This document shows, piece after piece, positions 28,230-40,808 of a stretch of 64,000 nucleotides of DNA (position 1 is its first letter; each line of letters begins with the position of its first letter). The translations under genes and the position numbers were made by a program. The stretch comes from an uncultured delta proteobacterium (lineage in GTDB: Bacteria > Myxococcota_A > Polyangia > Polyangiales > Polyangiaceae), in NCBI GenBank assembly GCA_963841435.1, contig CAWJCS010000002.1, positions 672,001-736,000 on the forward strand, read 5' to 3'. The notes below the pieces were generated by a model. That model was not told the origin of the DNA and did no database searches. It saw only the letters and a list, made by a program, of their open reading frames with translations.

Positions 28230-28703
28230 ATGAGGTTCGGGCACGCTCGAAAGCTGGCGCTCCTCGGTGCGCTTTTCGGCTCGGTCGCCTGCGGCAGCAA
28301 GGGCAACGTGGCACTGATCGGCCGCATCGACAAGCCGAGCCTCGCGGTCAACCGGTCGGCGGTCGGCGCCGACGTGACGGGCGGCTTCGATCTCGTGCTC
28401 GAGCTCGGTGAGCTCGCGAGCGACGCCACGAGCGTATCGCTCGGCGCCTTCTCGATCGAGCGCTCCGGCTCTGAGCTCCTCTCGCCCCTCTCGCTCGCGG
28501 GCACGACCTTTCCCGTGCTCGTCGGCGTCGGCGAGACGAAGACGATTCACCTCACGCTGTCGCAGACGCCGGACCTCGACGTTGCCGACAAGCTGTGCGA
28601 GGCCGACGTTTCGTTTCGCGGCTCGGTGACGGACACGCTCGTCGAGAACCGACCGACGACGCTTCTGAGCAGCGCGTTCACGCCGAGCTGCCCGGCGCCC
28701 TAG
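28230..28703 (+). CDS. Hypothetical lipoprotein
   Basis: MRFGHARK + hydrophobic + SVAC lipobox; beta-rich domain. Confidence 0.7.
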   Translation: MRFGHARKLALLGALFGSVACGSKGNVALIGRIDKPSLAVNRSAVGADVTGGFDLVLELGELASDATSVSLGAFSIERSGSELLSPLSLAGTTFPVLVGVGETKTIHLTLSQTPDLDVADKLCEADVSFRGSVTDTLVENRPTTLLSSAFTPSCPAP

Positions 28704-28715
28704 CCTCGCGGCTCG

Positions 28716-30188
28716 TCAGAGACCAAGCGCTGCGATCGGGCCGCTGCACTTCGTGAGCAGCGCCTCGACTTCGCTCGCAGGGTCGAGCGTGTACTGGTAA
28801 AAGTCACTCGGATCGAAGAACGAGTACGTCGTGCCCGACGATTCGCGCTGGCCGGTCGTGCTCCGGTAGACGTTACCCGTCGCGACGAGCGTTCCCGTGT
28901 CGTAGTAGTGCGGGTCCTTGACCTGATCGAAGACACTGTTCTCGAGCACCATGTTGGTGCCTCCGCGCGCGTAGTTGCCGTAGGAAGCGATGCGAAGCAG
29001 CCAGTTATTGTAGAGGTGCGCGCGGAGCACGTTGTCGGTGCTCGGGTTTCGCTGGTTCAGGTCCCGAAAGACATTGTGGTGGATCGTCATCTGGGCCGTC
29101 ACGTTGTCGGTCCAGCCGATGCCGAATGCCTTGTTGTGGTCGCTGAGGACGTTCCACGAAACGGTGAGGTAGGTCGTGTCCTTGCGGCTGTCGATGATGC
29201 CGTCGCCGATGTGATGGAAGTGGCAGTGGTCGATCCAGACGTGGTGCGCCGTGTCCATCTGCACGCCATCGAAGTCCTGGGTCTTGCCCTCCCAGTCACC
29301 GTCCACGTAGGTGCCGCCGATCGTGAGGTTCCGGATGATGACGTTGTGGACTCCGTCGGCGAGGAAGAAGCCGCCCTGGACGATCTCACCCGCCGTGCCG
29401 ACACCGAGGATGGTCTTGTTCGACGCGACGCGGATCTCCGTGCCTTTCGGCGAGATCATCACGGGCCCCTGCACGCGGATCGTGTAGGGCTCCGTCGCCG
29501 TCGCGTAGCGATCGAGATCGGCTTGGTTGCTCACGGTCACGGTCTGGCCGTCGCGCCCGCCGTACGTGCCGTTCTGGCCGTCGGCGTTCAGCGTCGCGAA
29601 GCCTTCGAGCGTCAGCGGGCAGCCGCTCGCGCCACTCATGCCCGCCGTTCCCGCCGTTCCGCTCGCCCCAGCTCCGCTGCCGGCGGCCCCGCCCGCTCCC
29701 GACGCCCCGCTCGCGCCGCCGGCGCCCGCACTGCCGGCCGCCCCGCTCGCTGCGACGGCCCCGCTTGCTCCCGCTTCGGCGCCGCCGGCTCCACTGGCCC
29801 CGCCCGCGCCGCCGACCCCGCCGGCTCCACTGGCCCCGCCCGCGCCGCCGACCCCGCCTTCGCCGCTCGTTGCGCCGGCTCCGGCGCTGCCCGCGCTTCC
29901 CCCGGTCGCGGGCATGGCACCGCTCGCGCCAGCGCTCCCGGAGCTTCCCGCCGCGCCGGCGCCGCCTCCCGTCGCCGGTGCGCCGCCGGGGCTCGCGCCG
30001 CCGAGACCGCCCCGTCCCGCCGTTGCGTTGCCCGCCGACCCGCCGAGCGCGGTCCCGCCCGAGCTCGGCGTGCCACCGGTTCCGGCGCCGTCCGAGCGCG
30101 AGGATTCGGTGTCCGCGGAGCAGGCGACGGCCACGCCGAGGCCGCAGAGCGAGATTGCGAGCGCGCAGAATCTTGTTGAATCGTTCAT
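28716..30188 (-). CDS. Pectate lyase (PL1) lipoprotein
   Basis: Lipobox AVAC, long Gly/Ala linker, GFA..TYGG, SNKTILG, NVIIRNL, VWIDH, QRNP, HLYNN. Confidence 0.9.
   Translation of the reverse strand: MNDSTRFCALAISLCGLGVAVACSADTESSRSDGAGTGGTPSSGGTALGGSAGNATAGRGGLGGASPGGAPATGGGAGAAGSSGSAGASGAMPATGGSAGSAGAGATSGEGGVGGAGGASGAGGVGGAGGASGAGGAEAGASGAVAASGAAGSAGAGGASGASGAGGAAGSGAGASGTAGTAGMSGASGCPLTLEGFATLNADGQNGTYGGRDGQTVTVSNQADLDRYATATEPYTIRVQGPVMISPKGTEIRVASNKTILGVGTAGEIVQGGFFLADGVHNVIIRNLTIGGTYVDGDWEGKTQDFDGVQMDTAHHVWIDHCHFHHIGDGIIDSRKDTTYLTVSWNVLSDHNKAFGIGWTDNVTAQMTIHHNVFRDLNQRNPSTDNVLRAHLYNNWLLRIASYGNYARGGTNMVLENSVFDQVKDPHYYDTGTLVATGNVYRSTTGQRESSGTTYSFFDPSDFYQYTLDPASEVEALLTKCSGPIAALGL
29782..29858. 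repeat. Exact 36-bp tandem duplication in the linker
   Basis: ccgccggctccactggccccgcccgcgccgccgacc x2 plus partial; encodes GGVGGAGGASGA on the minus strand. Confidence 0.9.
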
Positions 30189-30195
30189 GGGTTCC

Positions 30196-33036
30196 TCAAC
30201 AGCCGCTCACGAAGAAGACGGCCTCCTTGCTCATCCTGGTTCCGGCACCGTCGCGAACGCCGAGCGAGACCGAGCCGAAGCCACAGCCCGAGGGCGTGAA
30301 CGTCGCCGTCTGCCCCGATACGTTCACGGTGCCTCCGACGGCCCCGGTTGCGGAGTAAGTCGGGCTGCTGACGAAGCCTGCAAACAGCTTTTTCAGATCG
30401 ATGGTGACCGGGGTGCCCATCGTCGCGAGAAAATGGGGCTTGGACAGCCAGTCGAGGTATTCGTCCAGGTTCGTGAAGCCGTCCCCGTCCGGATCGGCGT
30501 TCGCGTCTGAAAAATCGGACGCGGGCGAGGCCGGATTCGTGCCCTTCGCCGTCTCCCAGAAGTCGGGCAGCCCGTCGCCGTCGGTGTCGAAGCCCGCCTC
30601 GCGATTGGTCGTCGGGTAGCTCTCGTAGCCTCCCACGTCCTTTTCGTTGTCGGGTAGCCCCGGTTTTCCGGACACGCTGCCCTTGTAGGTCGTCGTGCCG
30701 TTCAGCGTTTCGTTCACGATGCGCACGTCGTGATCGTCGAAGACGGGCTCGGTACAGCCCACGTCGGAAAGCACCGACTTGAAGGCGTTTCCCGCGGTTT
30801 CGAGCGCGGCGTACGAGGGGAAGAAGGAGCTCGAGACCCACGGGCTGTAGCCTTGCGGCGTTCCCGCGTACGTCCGGCCCGTCAACTGACTATTTTCGTC
30901 GAAGTAGCCCGGCATGACGTTGCCGGAGAAGAAGTATTGTTGGGTGCCGGGGAAGTTGTCGTACTGGGCGTTGAGCGCCACGAAGATCGAAGTGGCGGCG
31001 CCAGGGCGGTAGTAGTTGTTGACGAAGTTGACTTCGTGCGCCCCGCCGTCCGTCGAACGGCCGCCCCAGTTGTAAACGACGTTGTCGAAGATATCGAGGC
31101 GCCCCGAGTAGTCCCCGTTGCCGTCGAGCCCGCCCGCGAGGCTCCAATTGCGCCCTTCGCAATGCGCGAGCAGATTGTGGTGGAACGAGCCGGTATCGCC
31201 GCTGATGCTCGCGGCGTAGCCGTGCGCGGTTCCTGCTGGGTAGTTCTGGTGGCCAGCGATGTTCAGTGCCTCGGAGATGAGCGTCCGCTGGAGCGTGATG
31301 TTGTGGGCGTTTCTCGAGCTGAACGCTTCGTCGATCGTCCAACTGATCGAGCAGTGATCGATGATGGCGTGATCGCTGCCCGCCATGCCCATCCCATCGA
31401 ACGTGGGGCCGCCGCCGAGGCGCACGCGAAGGTGGCGGATGACCGAATCCACCGAGCCGCTCGTCCCGAACGGAGCGCTGCGAATGACGATCCCCTTGCC
31501 GGGCGCCGTTTGGCCCGCGACGGTCACGTACTTGCTCGACAGCGTCAGGCGCGAGCCGAGCGCGATGATCCCGCCCACGTCGAAGACGACGGTGCGCGGA
31601 CCGATGTCGTGCTCGATCGCTTCGCGTAGGCTGCCCGGCCCCGAGTCGTCGAGGTTCGTCACGTGGACGACCGCGCCCCCGCGCCCTCCACGAGCAAAGC
31701 GCCCGTAGCCCTCGGCACCCGGGAACGCGAGCTGTCGCGGACGGAAGTACCAGACGTTCCCCTTGGTCACGACGCCGCCGCCGCCGACCTCGTCGATTCG
31801 CCAGAAGTACGTCTTCATGCTGTAGAGCCCGGAAGCCGGAAAGCTCGTCGTGCTCTGGTTCCCCCGGAAAGCGGAGGACCCGTGGTCGGCGAAGAACACG
31901 GTCGGAAGGTCCTCGCCGAAGAAGACGTCGTGCGAAACGGCGTCCTTCGCGGCGGTAAAGCTCAAAACGAGGTTCCCGTCGTCGGCGTCAACGTGCTCGT
32001 TGCCGTCCTGGGGCATGGGCTTTTTGGCTTGAAAGGCCGCGTTCGGCGTGTCGACCTCGAACCCGTTGATCATCAGGTTCTCGTTCGAGGCTCCCGACAT
32101 GAGCTGGGCGGCAAAGAGCACCTCGACGGGCTGACCCTCCATGGCGTCGAAGGTGAGATAGGAGCTCGTGGCGTCCGCCGTCGCGAGCGCGCGCACGCTC
32201 GGGACGAGCCCGGTCGTCACGGAAACACCGTTCACCGAGATGTTGACGGGTGCGAAGGTGTTGCTGTCGGGGCTCTGCGTGACGTTGTGATACGTGAGCA
32301 GCGTGTGGGAACCGGCGGACAGTCCGCTGATCGTGAGCTTTATCGCCGCACCCGGGTCGCCACCATCGACCGTGAGCCCGTCCCCCACGAGGCGGGCGTA
32401 GCTCGGTGCTTGGATCCCGGCCTTGTACCAGTCCCCTTTGAGCGCGCTCCCGCTGCCCACCGTCTCGAAGGTGAACGCGATGCCTTCGAACGAGGCGCTG
32501 ATCGACGGCGCTTGTTCTGGAACCCAGCTCGCGTAGGCCGGGTCCGTGACCTCCTGGGTGGGCCGCCCCGCAACGTCGAGATCGATTTTGATGGAGGGAG
32601 GCACCGGAGGTAGGGGCGGCGCCCCAGCCACGCCCGCGCTCCCGGACGCGCCTGCCGCCGGCGCGGCTCCGCTGCCTCCTTCTGCCGCGAGGCCGCCTGT
32701 GCCTGCGCCGACGCCGCCGGCCGCGGGTCCCGCACCGCCTGCCGCTCCGGCCCCCGCGCCGCCGCCCCCCGTCGTCCCACCCTGATTCGCCCCGAAAGCT
32801 CCGGCCCCACGGGCGGGGGACGTCCCGCTCGTGCCTCCCGTCGCCGTTCCGCCGTCGGCGGGCGCGCCGGTCGAGCCGCCCAGCCCCCCGCTGGACGAGA
32901 CGCCGGGGGACGTTTGCGAGCCGCAACCGAGGAGCATCGCGCCGGCCGCCAGCAGAGCGGCCCCCTTGGGAGGGAGCGATCGGCCCGAGGGCGACATCAC
33001 CCCAAGGGTTGCCGACCCCCGCCTCGCGCCGTTCAT
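30196..33036 (-). CDS. Pectate lyase (PL1, AFPGAEG-type) multidomain lipoprotein
   Basis: Lipobox LLGC; AFPGAEGYG..GGRGG..VTNLDDSGPGSLR; IIDHCSISW; DTDGDGLPDFWE; YLDWL; start may be 32997. Confidence 0.9.
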   Translation of the reverse strand: MNGARRGSATLGVMSPSGRSLPPKGAALLAAGAMLLGCGSQTSPGVSSSGGLGGSTGAPADGGTATGGTSGTSPARGAGAFGANQGGTTGGGGAGAGAAGGAGPAAGGVGAGTGGLAAEGGSGAAPAAGASGSAGVAGAPPLPPVPPSIKIDLDVAGRPTQEVTDPAYASWVPEQAPSISASFEGIAFTFETVGSGSALKGDWYKAGIQAPSYARLVGDGLTVDGGDPGAAIKLTISGLSAGSHTLLTYHNVTQSPDSNTFAPVNISVNGVSVTTGLVPSVRALATADATSSYLTFDAMEGQPVEVLFAAQLMSGASNENLMINGFEVDTPNAAFQAKKPMPQDGNEHVDADDGNLVLSFTAAKDAVSHDVFFGEDLPTVFFADHGSSAFRGNQSTTSFPASGLYSMKTYFWRIDEVGGGGVVTKGNVWYFRPRQLAFPGAEGYGRFARGGRGGAVVHVTNLDDSGPGSLREAIEHDIGPRTVVFDVGGIIALGSRLTLSSKYVTVAGQTAPGKGIVIRSAPFGTSGSVDSVIRHLRVRLGGGPTFDGMGMAGSDHAIIDHCSISWTIDEAFSSRNAHNITLQRTLISEALNIAGHQNYPAGTAHGYAASISGDTGSFHHNLLAHCEGRNWSLAGGLDGNGDYSGRLDIFDNVVYNWGGRSTDGGAHEVNFVNNYYRPGAATSIFVALNAQYDNFPGTQQYFFSGNVMPGYFDENSQLTGRTYAGTPQGYSPWVSSSFFPSYAALETAGNAFKSVLSDVGCTEPVFDDHDVRIVNETLNGTTTYKGSVSGKPGLPDNEKDVGGYESYPTTNREAGFDTDGDGLPDFWETAKGTNPASPASDFSDANADPDGDGFTNLDEYLDWLSKPHFLATMGTPVTIDLKKLFAGFVSSPTYSATGAVGGTVNVSGQTATFTPSGCGFGSVSLGVRDGAGTRMSKEAVFFVSGC

Positions 33037-33079
33037 TTCTTTTTGGCGCTTCGGGCTGCGGCAGGCTTCAAACGCCTCG

Positions 33080-33973
33080 TCAGCGAGGAACGCGTGGCCT
33101 GCGCACTGGCGGCGTCGCGGGCGAGGGCGAGCGCGACGGTGGCGGCGTGTCCGATCGAGGCGGAGGCGAGCTCTCGGCCTCGAGCCTCGCGTCCGGAACG
33201 CGCGTGCTCACGGGCGTGGAGGTGCGGCGGCCGGCGGCGTCGCTGGGGGCGCGGGGTTGCTGGGCGAGCCGGCCCGGGGCGAGAATTCGCGCGACCTCGT
33301 CGCTCAACGTGGCGGTCACGCGAGCGCCACTCGAGCGGCGCGAGACGGGCGGCGGGTCGGGCGCTGGCGGGACCGACGAGGCACGGCGAAAATGCGCGTC
33401 GATGCGCGCGCGGTCCGCGAACGTCTGGTTTTCGACCCGGAGCGGCTCGGCGTGCGACTCGCGCGCGAAGCGCTCGGCAGCGTGGATCGCCGCCGCGGCG
33501 AACAGGCCGAGCAGCCGCGTGGCGCGTGGACGCCCCGGCACACCGACCGTCAGCGTGAGCCCGCTCGGCGTCCGAGCGAGCTCGAACGTGATCTCGACGT
33601 CGACGAACGGGTGCTCGAGCGGGCCGCGCAGCCGCGCCACGGTGCCGTAGAGGTCGCCCACGCGCACGACGGCGGCCGCTTGCACGAGCTGGCGCGCGAG
33701 CATCTCGCAGGCGACGCGCTCGAGCACCTTGCCGCTACCGTCTCCGAGCGCCTGGTCGAACGCGACCAAGGCCTCCTCGCCCTCGTCGAGCGGAATTGAA
33801 TCGAGGGCCGCCGTGGCGCGCAGCCGGTCGAGCGACAGGTGCGGCCTCACCCGGCTCGGGACGCGCTCTGGCAGCGCGCTCACCTCGGCGGCACCGAGCT
33901 CCCGCTCGGCCGCCTCGAGCAGGTTCCGAAGGAACCACGCTCTGAGCTTCGCTGTGCCTGGGCTCCCCGTCAC
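33080..33973 (-). CDS. Hypothetical protein (possible V4R/HNOX-like N-domain, Pro/Ser/Arg tail)
   Basis: Protein-like 3' part of ORF 33080-35311 from GTG 33973; follows the trans-sulfuration gene. Confidence 0.55.
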   Translation of the reverse strand: MTGSPGTAKLRAWFLRNLLEAAERELGAAEVSALPERVPSRVRPHLSLDRLRATAALDSIPLDEGEEALVAFDQALGDGSGKVLERVACEMLARQLVQAAAVVRVGDLYGTVARLRGPLEHPFVDVEITFELARTPSGLTLTVGVPGRPRATRLLGLFAAAAIHAAERFARESHAEPLRVENQTFADRARIDAHFRRASSVPPAPDPPPVSRRSSGARVTATLSDEVARILAPGRLAQQPRAPSDAAGRRTSTPVSTRVPDARLEAESSPPPRSDTPPPSRSPSPATPPVRRPRVPR

Positions 33974-34059
33974 GGGGATGAAGCTAGAGCCCTTGTCGCC
34001 CGTTTTCAATGAAAGGCCGGGACGACGGGGTTCCCGGCCTTCCGGGCGCGGGCATCGGT

Positions 34060-35256
34060 CTAGCTTGCGTCGAGTGCCGCCAGCAGGTCGCCGAGGACAT
34101 CCGAGGTTTCCTCCACGCCCACCGATAGTCGGATGAGACCGGGGTCGATGCCGAGCCGAACGAGCTCTTCCTGTCCGAGCTCGAAGTAGCTCATGATCGC
34201 GGGCTGCTCGATCAGGGTTTCCACGCCGCCGAGTGACGGAGCGATCCGCGCCAGCCGACTCCTGTCGACGACCCGCGACGCTGCGGCGCGGCCACCCTTC
34301 ACGACGAAGCTCACCACGCCGCCGCCGCCCGCCATCTGGGCGCGTGCCACGGCGAACGACGGATGGCTCTCGAGCAGGGGGTAGTAGACGCGCTCGACGG
34401 CGGGATGACCCTCGAGCGCGCGCGCCACGGCCAGCGCCGTTGCGTTCTGGCGCTCGACGCGCAGCGCCAGCGTCTTGATGCCACGGATGCAGAGGAAGGC
34501 GGCATGCGGATCGAGCACGCTGCCGAGCACGCCGCGCGTCTCGCGCAGGAGCGACACGAGGTGGCTCGGCCCCACGGCGACGCCACCGAGTACGTCGTTG
34601 TGGCCCGACAGATATTTGGTCGCGCTGTGCACGACCAGGTCCACGCCGTGGTCGAGGGGGCGGCAGTTGACGGGCGTCGCGAAGGTGGAGTCGACGAGCG
34701 TCTTGATGCGGCCGCGCTGCTTCACGATCCCGACGAGCCGCGCGAAATCGACACAGTAGAGCAGCGGGTTCGTCGGCGACTCGCTCAGAACGAGGCGCGT
34801 GTTGTCCTTGAGTGCCGCCTCGAATGCGCCGAGGTCGCCCGGCGGCACCACGCTGTGCTCCACGCCGAAACGCGTCAAGACGACGGTCACGAGCTGGCGC
34901 GTGCGCCGGTAGCAGTCGTTGAACAAGACCACGTGCTCGCCCGACTTCACGAGCGAGAGTAGGGCCGTCGTGACGGCGCCCATGCCGCTCGAGAACGCCA
35001 CGCCGTCCTCGGCGCCTTCGAGCGCCGCCACGCGTCGCTCGAGCTCGCGAACCGTCGGGTTGCCGTAACGGCCGTATTCCTCGCGCTCGGGATCGGGATC
35101 TTCGCCGCGCATGTAGCGCTCGAGCACCCCGGTGTTCTCGAAGGTGTAGGTCGCCGTCTGCGCGACACTCGGCGCGAGGGTGTGATGGGGGCGCTCGCCG
35201 GAGAGCCCGCCGTGGACGGCGTCGGTCGACGTTGCTCGCTTGCGCTCGTCGCTCAT
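34060..35256 (-). CDS. Cystathionine gamma-synthase/lyase family PLP enzyme
   Basis: YGRYGNPT, FSSGMGA, ESPTNP, DSTFATP, HSATKYLSGHND, SLGGVETL, RLSVGVE; ATGA-coupled to proS. Confidence 0.92.
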   Translation of the reverse strand: MSDERKRATSTDAVHGGLSGERPHHTLAPSVAQTATYTFENTGVLERYMRGEDPDPEREEYGRYGNPTVRELERRVAALEGAEDGVAFSSGMGAVTTALLSLVKSGEHVVLFNDCYRRTRQLVTVVLTRFGVEHSVVPPGDLGAFEAALKDNTRLVLSESPTNPLLYCVDFARLVGIVKQRGRIKTLVDSTFATPVNCRPLDHGVDLVVHSATKYLSGHNDVLGGVAVGPSHLVSLLRETRGVLGSVLDPHAAFLCIRGIKTLALRVERQNATALAVARALEGHPAVERVYYPLLESHPSFAVARAQMAGGGGVVSFVVKGGRAAASRVVDRSRLARIAPSLGGVETLIEQPAIMSYFELGQEELVRLGIDPGLIRLSVGVEETSDVLGDLLAALDAS

Positions 35257-36980
35257 GGTGCTCCCTTTGCGAGGGCCGCCTCGACGCGCGCAGCAAGCAC
35301 TCCCACGGCATCGCCGAGCGGCACGAGCTCGGCCTTCTTGGGGTCGGGCTCGCTGCGCGGCTTGAGCTCGAGCGCGCCGTTCTTCAGCCCCTTTTCGCCA
35401 ATCGTCACGCGCAGTGGGATGCCGATCAGGTCGGCGTCCTTGAACTTCACGCCGGGGCGCTCGTCACGGTCGTCGACCAGCACTTCGATTCCCGCGCGCT
35501 CGAGGCCGGCCTCGAGCGCGAGCGTCGCGTCGCTGACGCCCTGGCTCTCACCGAGCGGGACGACGTGGACTTGGTAGGGGGCGAGCGTCATCGGCCAGCG
35601 GATGCCGTTGTCGTCGTGGTGCTGCTCGACCACGGTGGCCACGAGCCGGGACACGCCGATGCCGTAGCAGCCCATCACGATGGTCTGCTCCTTGCCCGCG
35701 AGGTCGAGGTAGCTCGCGCCCATCGCCTGGGTGTAGCGCGTGCCGAGCAGAAAGATGTGGCCGGCCTCGATGCCGCGATAGAGCTGGAGCGCCGCGCCGC
35801 AGCTCGGGCATGCGTCGCCTGCGACGACGCTGCGGATCTCGGCCGTGGACCCCTCGAAGTCTCGTCCGTAAACGACGTGCTTGAGGTGAAGGTCGGTCTC
35901 GTTGGCCCCGGTGACGGCGTCGGCGACGGCTGCTGCATCACGGTCGATCAGCACTTTGCCGCGGAAGCCCAGCGGCCCGGCGAACCCCACGGCCGCGCCG
36001 GTCGCCTTCCTGACGTCGTCGGCCGACGCGAGGAACACCTCGCCGACGCCGAGCGCGCGCGCGAGCTTGATCTCGTTCACCTCGTGGTCGCCGCGCACGA
36101 CGGCGAGCACGAGGTCGCCTCCCGCGACGTAGACGAGGCTCTTCAAGAAGCGCGCTGGGCTCGTGCCGAGCAGCTTCGACACGTCCTCGATGGTGCCGGC
36201 GCCGGGCGTCGGCACGCGCTCGACGGCCGGCACGTCGCCCCGAGCGGCGTCGGCGGGCGGCGCCTTGGCCGTCGCCACCTCGAGGTTCGCGGCGTAGTCG
36301 CACGACCCGCACGCGGCGAGCTGATCCTCGCCGCTCTGCACGAGCACCTGGAACTCGGCGCTCGCGGAGCCGCCCATGCTGCCCGAATCGGCGCCCACCA
36401 TGCGGTAAGCGAGCCGCATGCGGTCGAAGATACGCGAGTACGCAACGCGCATGCTCTCGTAGCCGAGTCGCGCGTCCGCCTCGTCGACGTGGAACGAGTA
36501 GGCGTCCTTCATGATGAACTCGCGCCCGCGCAAAAGGCCGCTTCGCGGGCGTGGCTCGTCCCGGAACTTCGTCTGGATCTGGTAGAGGTTCTTCGGAAGG
36601 TCGCGGTAGCTCTTGATCTCGCGTCGCGCCAGATCGGTGATGATCTCCTCGTGGGTCGGTCCGAGGTGATAGTCACCGCGCTTCCGGTCTTTGAGACGAA
36701 AGAGCGTGTCGCCGAACACGTCCCAGCGGCCGCTCTCCTGGAAGTACTCGGCCGGCAAGAGCGCGGGCAGGAGCACTTCCTCCGCGCCGGCTCGGTTCAT
36801 CTCCTCACGAACGACGCCTTCGATTTTTCTGAGCACGCGCACGCCGAGCGGCAGAAAACTGTAGATGCCGGCACCCACGCGCCGGATGCAGCCGGCGCGC
36901 GAGAGCAGCACGTGGCTCTTGCTCGTCGCATCGGCGGGAGCTTCTTTGAGAGTGGGGAGGAGCGAGCGGCGGTAGCGCAT
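35253..36980 (-). CDS. proS: Proline--tRNA ligase (with editing insertion domain)
   Basis: SHVLLSRAG, LGPTHEE, KFRDEPRPRSGLLRGREFIMKDAY, MGCYGIGVSR, GVKFKDADLIG. Confidence 0.96.
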   Translation of the reverse strand: MRYRRSLLPTLKEAPADATSKSHVLLSRAGCIRRVGAGIYSFLPLGVRVLRKIEGVVREEMNRAGAEEVLLPALLPAEYFQESGRWDVFGDTLFRLKDRKRGDYHLGPTHEEIITDLARREIKSYRDLPKNLYQIQTKFRDEPRPRSGLLRGREFIMKDAYSFHVDEADARLGYESMRVAYSRIFDRMRLAYRMVGADSGSMGGSASAEFQVLVQSGEDQLAACGSCDYAANLEVATAKAPPADAARGDVPAVERVPTPGAGTIEDVSKLLGTSPARFLKSLVYVAGGDLVLAVVRGDHEVNEIKLARALGVGEVFLASADDVRKATGAAVGFAGPLGFRGKVLIDRDAAAVADAVTGANETDLHLKHVVYGRDFEGSTAEIRSVVAGDACPSCGAALQLYRGIEAGHIFLLGTRYTQAMGASYLDLAGKEQTIVMGCYGIGVSRLVATVVEQHHDDNGIRWPMTLAPYQVHVVPLGESQGVSDATLALEAGLERAGIEVLVDDRDERPGVKFKDADLIGIPLRVTIGEKGLKNGALELKPRSEPDPKKAELVPLGDAVGVLAARVEAALAKGAP

Positions 36981-37138
36981 GGGGGCTTTCGGGCCGGCAA
37001 ACCTAGCAAAACGCCCGGACTCCGGACGGGCCGGCTCGCATTCCCCTGTTATGCCGCCTCGGAGTCCTCCTGGGCTGGTCGCGAGCTGCCTCACTAATAT
37101 TCCATAATAATTACGAAAACTTGTTCGTCAAATCGCCT

Positions 37139-37163
37139 ATTTCCTACTGGCCACACCGGAAAT
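37139..37163. promoter_or_regulatory. 25-bp imperfect palindrome, candidate Rrf2-family (IscR/CymR-like) operator
   Basis: ATTTCC-N13-GGAAAT after an AT-rich tract, 59 bp upstream of the sulfite reductase gene. Confidence 0.55.
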
Positions 37164-37222
37164 GTCGGGTACATCTTGCCCACCGGCTCGGCTAGCGTGC
37201 CGGGCCACTAAGAGCAGACGCC

Positions 37223-39478
<2,256 letters not shown>

Positions 39479-39492
39479 CGAACGATTGAGCC

Positions 39493-40059
39493 ATGCAATC
39501 CAAACGCATCAACGTCAAAGTGTATCTCGACGGCGAGCTGCCGAGCGACCGCCTCATCCCAGTGTTTCACCGCTGGATCCGCGAGAAGGTGCTCGACGAG
39601 CTCGCCATCAACGTCGCCGACTACGGCCACGTCCACCAGGGTCCGGGCGTCGTCTTGATCGGCCATGCCTTCGACTACTTCTTCGAGGAAAGCGAAGGGC
39701 GACCGGGCCTCACGTATGCGCGTAAGCGCGACGCGCCGCCGCCCGACGAGCGTTTGCTCGACGCCGTCCGGCGAGCGCTCTCGGGCGCGCGACGGCTCGA
39801 GCAGGATCCGGCGCTTCCGGGCGTCCGCTTCCGCGCCGACGAGCTGCTCGTGAGGCTTCCCGATCGGCTGAACGCGCCGCGCGATGCCGCCGGGCTCGAG
39901 GCCCTGAAAGCCGAGCTTTCGCCGATCGTCGCCCGGATCTCGAACCCCGGTGGCGCGAGCATCGAGCAGGCCGGTACGCCGCGCGACCCGCTGTCGGCCC
40001 GCGTGACGATCCGCTCCGGGCCGAGCTCGGTCGCCGATCTGCTCGCGCGGCTCGGCTGA
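39493..40059 (+). CDS. Hypothetical protein co-transcribed with the reductase
   Basis: 14 bp after reductase stop; IPVFHRWI...VADYGHVHQGPGVVLIGH. Confidence 0.75.
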   Translation: MQSKRINVKVYLDGELPSDRLIPVFHRWIREKVLDELAINVADYGHVHQGPGVVLIGHAFDYFFEESEGRPGLTYARKRDAPPPDERLLDAVRRALSGARRLEQDPALPGVRFRADELLVRLPDRLNAPRDAAGLEALKAELSPIVARISNPGGASIEQAGTPRDPLSARVTIRSGPSSVADLLARLG

Positions 40060-40071
40060 GCGGCCGCGCCG

Positions 40072-40677
40072 TCAGGCTTCCGGCGCCGGCGCGGCGAGCG
40101 CGCGCGCCACGAGCTTTTGGGCACGGGGCTCGAGCGGCAGGCTGAGCGCGGCGCTCCGCCCTCGCTCGCTCATCTTGCGCCAGGTCTTCTGCAGGATGGC
40201 GGTTGCCTTGTCCTGGTCGGGGTATTTCTCGAGGAAGGCGCCGATCTCGAACTCGAGGAACACGAGACAGAGCGCATCCTCCATGGTCTGCGCGTCCGGG
40301 TTCAGCGTGAGGTGCTGCTTTCTCACGATGCGCTCGACCGCCTCGAGGGTGTCGTCGTCGTAGCCGGCATCACGCAGCACGGCGCGCGCACGCTCCGCGT
40401 GGAATTTGCCGAGCGAGGTGCGCCAGCTCAAATAGCCGATGCGACCCTCGGGAAAGTCGCTGCGCGGTATCTTCCAGCGCTCGAGGTGCTGGCAATGGGC
40501 GGCGAGCCGGAGGGGCTCGCTGGCCTCCGGGTCCAGGCGTTCGACCCAGCGCGCGAGCCGCTCGGCCTGCAGCAGCAAGCGCGGCCGCTCGACCCCACGG
40601 TCGAACTCTCGCACGGGGTCCTCGGCATTGAGGGCGTCGAAGGCACGGATGGCGCGCTCGAAACGCTGATCGCTCAT
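40072..40677 (-). CDS. DUF4202-family protein
   Basis: LAAHCQHLERW.IPR..FP.GR.GY..WR; QTMEDALCLVFL; KTWRKMS. Confidence 0.85.
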   Translation of the reverse strand: MSDQRFERAIRAFDALNAEDPVREFDRGVERPRLLLQAERLARWVERLDPEASEPLRLAAHCQHLERWKIPRSDFPEGRIGYLSWRTSLGKFHAERARAVLRDAGYDDDTLEAVERIVRKQHLTLNPDAQTMEDALCLVFLEFEIGAFLEKYPDQDKATAILQKTWRKMSERGRSAALSLPLEPRAQKLVARALAAPAPEA

Positions 40678-40808
40678 TTTGGGCCTCGGACCGGGACGAC
40701 TTAGAATGCTTCGAACGCTAGCACCCCTGCGCGCGCCGTCGGCGGGGGGTCGCCGACCCGCGGGGCTCGCGAAGGATCCAGGCCAATGGTGCTAGCCTCT
40801 TTTCCCGG

